A stretch of 57,635 bases of DNA, filler included, from Squatina squatina (Eukaryota): NCBI GenBank assembly GCA_031763465.1. It is 3 parts of 3 records of this genome, joined end to end, with 100 filler letters (N's around TTAATTAATTAA, not from the genome) between each part and the next. Parts side by side here need not be neighbours in the genome. Positions count along the whole stretch, not along the records: positions 45,026 to 57,635 come from JARFOE010000232.1; 2 more parts are not named here. One strand, 5' to 3'. The notes beneath the pieces are model-generated. The model had not been told where the DNA came from and searched no databases. It saw only the letters and a program-made list of their open reading frames with translations. Made by a program: the position numbers and the translations under genes. Below, piece after piece: positions 50,506 through 57,635 of the stretch (position 1 is its first letter; every line of letters begins with the position of its first letter).

Positions 50506-50623
50506 CTGGTGGCGTCTTTCTTGCTCTTCCTTTGCCTTTTCAAATTCCTCTTTTAGGGCTTTGGTTACAAGGGAACAGTTCTCCTCCAGCTGTCGTCGCA
50601 GCTCATCCAATTCGGCTCGTTGC
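50506..50623 (-). CDS. CEP131: CEP131 exon
   Basis: atcaaag|G CAA...CAC CAG|gtagaa, 118 nt. Encodes QRAELDELRRQLEENCSLVTKALKEEFEKAKEEQERRHQ. Confidence 0.92.
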
Positions 50624-51009
50624 CTTTGATTTATAAAAATAACCAACTGTAAAGTATGACTAGCATCTGTGTTTCAAACCGCAGAATCATTTCATACAAC
50701 AGTACTGTATTACTATAATTAAATCTAGTAAAATCATATAATCAATATAATTTGGCATATATGCCCATTTCATGTCATACTCTAATGCCTTCCTGACATG
50801 CTTATTTCCATTAAACTTTGTTGTCATGCTTTTCTACCATCAGTAAACTTATCTATTCACCAGCATATGACCCATTGCAGTTATCCACGTCAGCTGATGA
50901 ATCAAACCGNNNNNNNNNNNNNNNNNNNNNNNNNNNNNNNNNNNNNNNNNNNNNNNNNNNNNNNNNNNNNNNNNNNNNNNNNNNNNNNNNNNNNNNNNNN
51001 NNNNNNNNN

Positions 51010-51175
51010 CACATGGAGTGGTTGAGGTGAATAACACAAGTGCATTCACGGGGAAGCTAGGCAAGTACATGAGGGAGAAGGAACAGAAGGATATGTTGAG
51101 AAGGTGAGAGAAGGCTCACATGGAGCATAAACACCTGCATGGACCTGTGCTGTAAATTCTATGTAATTCTATGTA
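51010..51175 (+). mobile_element. CR1 3' tail
   Basis: ggagtggttgaggtgaat...gcattcacggggaagctag...ctgtgctgtaa(attctatgta)2. Confidence 0.75.
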
Positions 51176-51196
51176 GTTACAGTTTGAATCTCTCAC

Positions 51197-51313
51197 CAGT
51201 TCATGCTGATCTTGCATCTGCTGGATTTTCTTAGTGTATTTCTGGTCCACCTGCTTCAGTTCATTTACCATAGACTCACACTTTTCATTTAACCCCTTCT
51301 TGTCATCTATCAG
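51197..51313 (-). CDS. CEP131: CEP131 exon
   Basis: ctgacag|CTG...GAA CTG|gtgaga, 117 nt. Encodes LIDDKKGLNEKCESMVNELKQVDQKYTKKIQQMQDQHEL. Confidence 0.94.
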
Positions 51314-51423
51314 CTGTCAGAAACAAATACAGAAAAGCTCACAAAATGTTCTATTAGCACAACAAAACATAAAGCCACAAATTGGTTTAAATTCAGCCCT
51401 TGCCATAACCCAGTATATGACCT

Positions 51424-51608
51424 AAAAACAGAAAATGCTGGAAAAACTCAGCAGGTCAGGCGAGCAGCATCTGTGAAGAGAGAAACAGAGTTAATGTTTC
51501 AGGTTGATGACCCTTTGTCAGAACTGACGAAGAGTTCTGACGATGGGTCATCGACCTGAAATGTTAATTCAGTTTCTCTCTCCATAGATGCTGCCTGATC
51601 TGCTGAGT
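51424..51608. mobile_element. Fold-back element made of two inverted Penelope terminal repeats
   Basis: 51446-51525 is an imperfect inverted repeat of 51533-51608, with a 7-nt spacer (gacgaag). Confidence 0.85.
51531..51570 (+). ncRNA. Minimal type I hammerhead-ribozyme-like motif (Penelope type, probably decayed)
   Basis: gagtt-CTGACGA-t-GGGTC-atc-GACCT-GAAA-tgtt-aattc: core boxes, a 5-bp stem II and a stem I (gagtt/aattc), with no monomeric stem III. Confidence 0.6.
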
Positions 51609-52342
51609 GGGACTCTGGCTGATCTTGTCCTCCTTAACCAAGAGCACCAAGGCTAATTGTAGTGACTCTAAAGCCTCCCCAAGAACATTTAGTTTACCAC
51701 AGATGAGGAACTGAATGAGAAAATTTTTATTTCGCTGAATCACTGGGGAACTCATTTTTTCCCCCCACCCAAGTACAATTTCAATTTAACAGAGAGTCAA
51801 TATATATGCAGCAAATAGGTGGGGGTGGGAGAAGAACCCAGTGGCAAGTTGGTTAAGATTGCTGTTACTTTCACCCTTCGGGTCGGAGTTCATCCAATCA
51901 AATTGATTAGCTGAAGGTCTCCTCACACAGCTACTGTTAACAAAGGCATGGATAAAGGTTTCAGCAGGTGAGGAGCTGAAACTTTGTTGAAACTTTCATT
52001 AGGTGGACAAAATTTAATTGTTCGATATCTTCATTACTCAAACTAACTACCCAGTAACATCCAAAAGGCTTGCAAGTGTGCACCTGTGAACAAAAAAAGT
52101 GTTCCCACTTCTATTGTTTTGTTTGGGGACAAACCCATTATGATTATTTCTGTGAACCAGGAAGGAAAACATGTAGGGGGTCGAAACTGAGCTCCTGTAA
52201 CGGCCCAGTCGTGCCTCCGAGGGGCATTTCTGAGACGTTACANNNNNNNNNNNNNNNNNNNNNNNNNNNNNNNNNNNNNNNNNNNNNNNNNNNNNNNNNN
52301 NNNNNNNNNNNNNNNNNNNNNNNNNNNNNNNNNNNNNNNNNN

Positions 52343-52525
52343 CAGGCAAGACCAGAATTAGGGGCCATAAATATAAGATAATCACTAACAAATCCAATAA
52401 GGAATTCAGGAGAATAGGAGGAGATTCTCATGGAGTGAGATGGCACAGGTGGGAAGAGGCTCATGTGGAGCATAAATACTGGGATGGACCTGTAGGGCCG
52501 AATGGTCTGTTTCTGTGCTGTAAAT
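52343..52525 (+). mobile_element. CR1 3' fragment (internally deleted)
   Basis: agaattaggggccataaatataagataatcactaacaaatccaataaggaattcaggag...ggccgaatggtctgtttctgtgctgtaa. Confidence 0.75.
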
Positions 52526-53238
52526 ACTTGGTAATTATTTTGAATATTCCAATCCACTGCCAAGTAAGCTAAGCTTGAGTTGTTAGTCATTTGTTGAATT
52601 ATTGACTGGAGCATTCTAATATGCGACAAAGCAGACTCTGGAAAACTACAAAGTCCACTTTGCTAATACTTTTATTAGCACGGAAAGGTCTGAGTGTGAA
52701 AGCCACAATGTTCAGCTCGTTCCATACAACAAAGCTACAAGTAAAAATAAAGGAGGTGGTGCTATAGCTACTCACTGCCACAACGTAGGGTTGGGCATAA
52801 GTCGAAGTCCCAGCCCTCTCAGCAGTAGTTTTTAAATGTTCAGACAGCGCAGGTGCCGTCTGCACTACACAAACATTAAATTAACTGCGGGGAAGTGTTA
52901 AGGAAGTAACCAGGATGTTCAACAGTGAGCCAGATTTAAACTTTGTGCATGTCAAACAGAAGTGGTGCCAGACCAGCCACTCCAGAGAGCCTCACTGTGC
53001 TTCGCCTTCGAGTCAGGTTGGGCCCTTTAAATGTATTTTAAATTCCGAGCTAGTTTGAATCCAGTTGAGACTGCCCACATTAGTTTCACTGAGGACGCTT
53101 GTGGCCAACAAAGATTGGGGGAACTTTCAATCCATCAGTTTGGCATTGATCCAAATCCACTCTACCACCCAAGTGCTCTAAAATTTAAAAAAAGACATGC
53201 CGACTATAAATATTACAAGCCACACTCTTGGTATTTAC

Positions 53239-53376
53239 CAAAGCAGTCTGTAACATAGAGATGGTGCGCTTCTTTTCTTCATATTCCAGTTTTAATCTGA
53301 TCATTGAGCTCGTCACCTCAGTTGCCATGACTGAAGCCTGTTCCAAGTGAGCCAGTTCCTCTTCAGAAAGCAGAAC
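53239..53376 (-). CDS. CEP131: CEP131 exon
   Basis: cttcag|GTT...GCT TTG|gtaaat, 138 nt. Encodes VLLSEEELAHLEQASVMATEVTSSMIRLKLEYEEKKRTISMLQTAL. Confidence 0.92.
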
Positions 53377-53453
53377 CTGAAGAAAGGACACAGCAAAATT
53401 TAATGGTATTTTAAAAATCAGGATATTTAAAACGAAGCACGTCAATACTCATT

Positions 53454-54140
53454 AGGGGTGATATTCCCTTTGTCCGCATTCCTGGCGCTAAGTCCAAAAA
53501 AGCGTGCCCCGGTAGCGCCCGGCGCTAAAATGCACAAAGATTGGCAAAATTCCCACATTTTTTCCCAAGAGGAATGCGGAGCACTAAATGAGGCGCTCCA
53601 CTTGCCTCTTGAAGCACAAAAGTGCCGGTTCAGGGGCAAGGTGCTCAGCAGCGCCTCCGCCTTGTTGCAGGAGTTCTTCCCTCAATTAAAGGGAAAGGCT
53701 CCTCGCTGCGAGCTCTGCAGTGTTTATTCAAGCAGAGTGCCAGGCTGACCAATTGAGGCACTTAGGCCGCAACCATTGCAAAGAGGAGCTGCAAATAAAA
53801 TCCACAATTTTTTTTTTTGGTCAGGCGCCCGCTGTGCCTTTAAATGGCGCCCTGCAAGCGGCCAGCCTCCGTGTTCGCGACCCTTGCAGTAAACGCCCGG
53901 ATCTGCTGCAGGGGTCACTAGGGAATTTAACTGCTAGGTCGCTCAGGGGCATTGCGCAAGGTGATGACCGTGCGCCGACAAGTGTCGCGATGTCGGCGGG
54001 TGCAGAGCGTTGTTCGTCAGCGCTGCCGCTATCCCCTGACCGAATCCTGCGGCAGCCAGCTGGAGCGCTGCTGGCCGCCGCAAAGACATCATCGCCCGAG
54101 GAGCGCCTCCTGGGCGAATCTGGAAGGGAATTTCGCCCCC
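53454..54140. mobile_element. Complete 687-bp MITE (PIF/Harbinger-like)
   Basis: Imperfect TIRs aggggtgatattccctt and aagggaatttcgccccc, flanked on both sides by ATT (53451-53453 and 54141-54143). The interior is CpG-rich. Confidence 0.75.
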
Positions 54141-55207
54141 ATTGGAACCAACTGGTTTTCCCTGATCCTTGCAGTAGTGTGTGAGAGGTTTTTTTTCTGC
54201 ATGTGTGTATGATGTGGTCTTGTCCCTCTAGGATAACATTTGATCTGGCGTAACCAGTCCTCAGCTGGCCCTGCCATCCTCCACTTCAGCTGGACTACTT
54301 GTGAACCTATCACATCTGTCACTTTGCAGTACATGGCCTGGGAAACTGAGTTAGGCTGCAGGTGGGCAGGAATGCAAAGCGTCGGCACATTCTGTCCACA
54401 ATGAAAATGCTTACCTTGACAGGATAGCGAGAGTGCTGCTCCATTTGAGATTAATTGTTTTAATTGGGAGTTTGTGCACAGTCGGATCACGGTCTTAGTG
54501 ATTTGTGTTGGCAACAGCACCAATTGAGGCATACCGTTCAAGCAAGTTCTCAAGTAATTTCAAATGAAAACTCTGGCCAAGAGACTAGCTCTAAAATGAA
54601 TGCTGCAAGAGTCGCAAATATAACCTGCTACCAAATGAAACGTTGCCTTGCACATGCAAAACCAAACCCTAGTTTTTCAAAGATAAAACTCTAGAGCCTC
54701 CGAAACACATTGAAACTATAGAAAATTTACAAATTAGCTCTATGCTCTTCCCCCACAAAAACTGAGCATTCCTGTGTGTATTATGTTCCTGTATATGTAC
54801 AAGTGTGTGCACTGAGTGAATGATTGTATAGTGTTTGTGGTCCTACAGTAATATTTTAGCTGTATTTTCAAGGATATGTGTTGCATTAATCATCCGGAGT
54901 TATCATGTGGATAAGTTGCTTTACAGCCCAAGCCATTCAAATAAATTGGCTTTTTTTGCCTGTTGATTTATTATTTCCAGAAGACTGCAAACAGTCAGGG
55001 CTATGTGATCCTCCTGGTGTTGATCGGCTGCAGTGCCCCAGCTAACCTCTGCAGGACTGCACGTTCATTCTCGTGTGGCGACATTGCTCACTTGAAATAA
55101 GCTAGCATTCCCCATTTTAAAATTTCAGATGTTCAGTGCATGATACGAGTTGAATATCTTCAGGTCAGTGTAGGATGTGGGAGCTAATACACTCATCCTA
55201 CCTGACC

Positions 55208-55582
55208 TAGGGTTGACGAAACTCTCTCTCGGATTGTTCTGGAGTCTCCAGGAATTGAAGATTGAGCTCCCAATAGGGTGACCAGATCTTAAGATTGCCA
55301 AACTGGGACAATCAGTCAACGCATGCACAGCCAGTTTACCGCTGGGACTGCGCATGGGCAGCCAATTCTCCGCTGAGCGCAGCCACTTCTCCGCCGAGGC
55401 TGCAGTTGAGTGAACACAAAAAACCGGGACATTTGAGCAATTTTCAAACCATCATTGGGACACCGGGACGTTTTGTGAAAAACCGGGACTGTCCTGGCGA
55501 CAACACTGGGATGCCTGGCCATCCTATCTCCAGGGCACTGATATGAGCAATCCTAGAGAAAAAATCATCAGGATGGTGAACT
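55208..55582. mobile_element. Outer hAT-like MITE (TAGGGTTG start), interrupted
   Basis: tagggttgacgaa...ctggagtctccaggaattgaagatt, resuming as tctccagggcactg after the inner element. Confidence 0.5.
55274..55526. mobile_element. 253-bp hAT-like MITE
   Basis: TIRs TAGGGTGACCAG and CTGGCCATCCTA, with several subterminal (cc)gggac repeats. Confidence 0.75.
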
Positions 55583-56415
55583 NNNNNNNNNNNNNNNNNN
55601 NNNNNNNNNNNNNNNNNNNNNNNNNNNNNNNNNNNNNNNNNNNNNNNNNNNNNNNNNNNNNNNNNNNNNNNNNNNNNNNNNNTTTACTGCAATAAACTCA
55701 AGCACAAAGATGAGCAGAAAAGCAGAAATCAAACCTAGAAAAAAAAAAAGCAAGGAAGCACTAAAAACACTGCTACACGTATTCTGCAAAACACACAGAT
55801 CAACTAGTATAGGCACTACAAAATCTGGATTTCTGCACAATACCATACGGAAAGCCACACACTCCTACATAAAAATCTATGCATACCCGAAATCGGGATG
55901 AGCGATATCTGGATTATCGTTCTGGAGCAGTTGAGTAAAATCCGTTTTATCGTTAAGATTTAAGTATCGGATTCTAAGGGTGGTAGAAAAACATATTTAG
56001 AGACAATTTTTGACTCAAAGTTCTTTCGATGTTTAGGTAGGATATATGGTGCTGTTAGCATGAGCATTTGATGTCATCACAGCGGAACACTAAGTCACTT
56101 TGAATTTGTTCCAAAAACCTCAGATTAAAAAATAACTCCTCCCTTTACGCTTTTAGTACTAATCCTAAATTTGTGTGCTATTGTTGCCGACTGATTGGCC
56201 AATGAATGTAATCTTTCACTGTTTGCCTTTGCAAATCCTTTTGAAATTTTTATGTACTTCTGTTAGACCGCCTATAGTCTCCTCTGCCACAGATCATTTT
56301 TACCAATCCAGTCAAATTTCTTGAAATAATTACTACTGAAAGACATTTTAAATTTGACATGGGCATACAAAAAAAGTTTCAAAATCAGATATGGATTAAA
56401 TGCTGCTAGATTTAC

Positions 56416-56617
56416 CTTTAAATATTTATGCACGGTCTCTGGATAATTTTTCAGTTTGCGGAGGTCTGCTTCGAGCTGAAAGGAGTTGGCAGGTGCAAGA
56501 GGGATAGTCACAGAGTGGGAAAACAAAGTGGCTTCAGCTTTCTTCATTCCTACCGAGCTCTCTACAGCAGTAGCTTCAGTTGTAATTGGTTGCTTGTCTG
56601 ACACACTAGCAAGTCCA
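56416..56617 (-). CDS. Candidate coding exon, possibly from the poorly conserved N-terminal half of CEP131
   Basis: ttctttttcag|T GGA...TTA AAG|gtaaat, 202 nt, open frame GLASVSDKQPITTEATAVES...LRKLKNYPETVHKYLK. Same strand as CEP131, but I recognise no homology. Confidence 0.5.
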
Positions 56618-56879
56618 CTGAAAAAGAATGACAGTTTTATTAAGTAAAACTGCTTGGAAATCAATACAATCTATTAAATAGACATAGCAAACAAATATAA
56701 CTATAATACTAGGTTTCATGTCACTCAATTTAGCTTTTCGTACTTAAATATTTCAAAATAATTTAAAAAACGACATTCGNNNNNNNNNNNNNNNNNNNNN
56801 NNNNNNNNNNNNNNNNNNNNNNNNNNNNNNNNNNNNNNNNNNNNNNNNNNNNNNNNNNNNNNNNNNNNNNNNNNNNNNN

Positions 56880-57175
56880 CACCCCACCTCTAGGACTTCC
56901 ATTCCTCTAACTCTGGCCTTTTGTGCACCCCTCCCCTACCACTGAGAGCCATGCCTGCAGCCGCCTTGGCTCTGTGCTCTAGAATTCCCTCCTGCCTCTC
57001 CTCCTCCTCCATCTCTCCATTGAAAGCTCTTCTTCAAACCCACCTCTGACTGAACTTTTTGCCGCCCATCCCAACATCTTCCTCTTAATTTTGGTATCCA
57101 CTTGTGTCTGATTATGTCTCTACGATACATCTTTACAACATTAAAGGCACTAGATCAGTGCAAGTGTTGTTATTG
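56880..57175 (+). mobile_element. L2 LINE 3' end
   Basis: Colinear with 37208-37517. Confidence 0.8.
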
Positions 57176-57635
57176 TGGACTCACTAATCCATCAGGGAAG
57201 CATTCTTCGTGGATTTCACTGACAAGTTCATACAGGTAAATGATATCAGAGAAATCTTATCAAAATACATAATGAAACATTTTTTTAAAAAGCTCAAATG
57301 AAACCAAACCAAAAACAGTATTATAATTGTAAAAATTCAGATGATAAAACTGACCTAAATGAAAATTAAAATAAAAAGTAATCAATCTTTTAAAAGTATC
57401 AGATTTCTGGTAACAGCTGAGGATCTGCCAAGTTCATGAAGACAATAATCGTCAATCACAACCTCAAGGTGAGCTAAATCTGATGGATAAAAGACATTCA
57501 CAGGGTTTAAGCCGTCATTACCCAAAACGAACCTTGCTACAGCTTTGTTTGAAAGTGCCAACTCGGAGCAAAAGTCAAAGCAGACGTCACTGTTTGTGTT
57601 ATCTACCCCCAAAAATAGTTTTGCTGATTCTCTTC

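Noticed and set aside
53720-54553. 154-aa ORFs on both strands
   Set aside because: They lie in or beside the GC-rich MITE, with no recognisable motif or coherent splice structure.
1-57635. CRISPR arrays, operons or other prokaryotic systems
   Set aside because: No regularly spaced direct repeats or intronless gene clusters are present; the content is spliced vertebrate genes and vertebrate repeats.

Overview
This is vertebrate genomic DNA, very probably from a shark or other elasmobranch, judged by SacSINE1/DeuSINE-type SINEs and shark-type CR1, L2 and Penelope repeats. It is a fragmented assembly of 1-3 kb contigs joined mostly by 100-N gaps. Two artificial N44-TTAATTAATTAA-N44 linkers (29473-29484 and 44970-44981) show that three separate scaffolds were concatenated. 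Segment 1 (1-29428) has no recognisable protein-coding exon: it holds repeats, a few small candidate exons and one hairpin. Segment 2 (29529-44925) carries two PGM2 exons followed by five TBC1D1 exons on the + strand, the same order as human 4p14. One of these is an apparent orthologue of the muscle-specific alternative TBC1D1 exon, which the ORF track misses. Segment 3 (45026-57635) carries five clear CEP131 (AZI1) exons on the - strand, plus one candidate. The most unusual non-genic signals are two fold-back elements built from head-to-head Penelope terminal repeats, with hammerhead-ribozyme-like cores on opposite strands, and an LF-SINE-like relic. Gene and repeat-family assignments come from recalled sequences, not from searches. 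I cannot support a wholly new biological system from this sequence.
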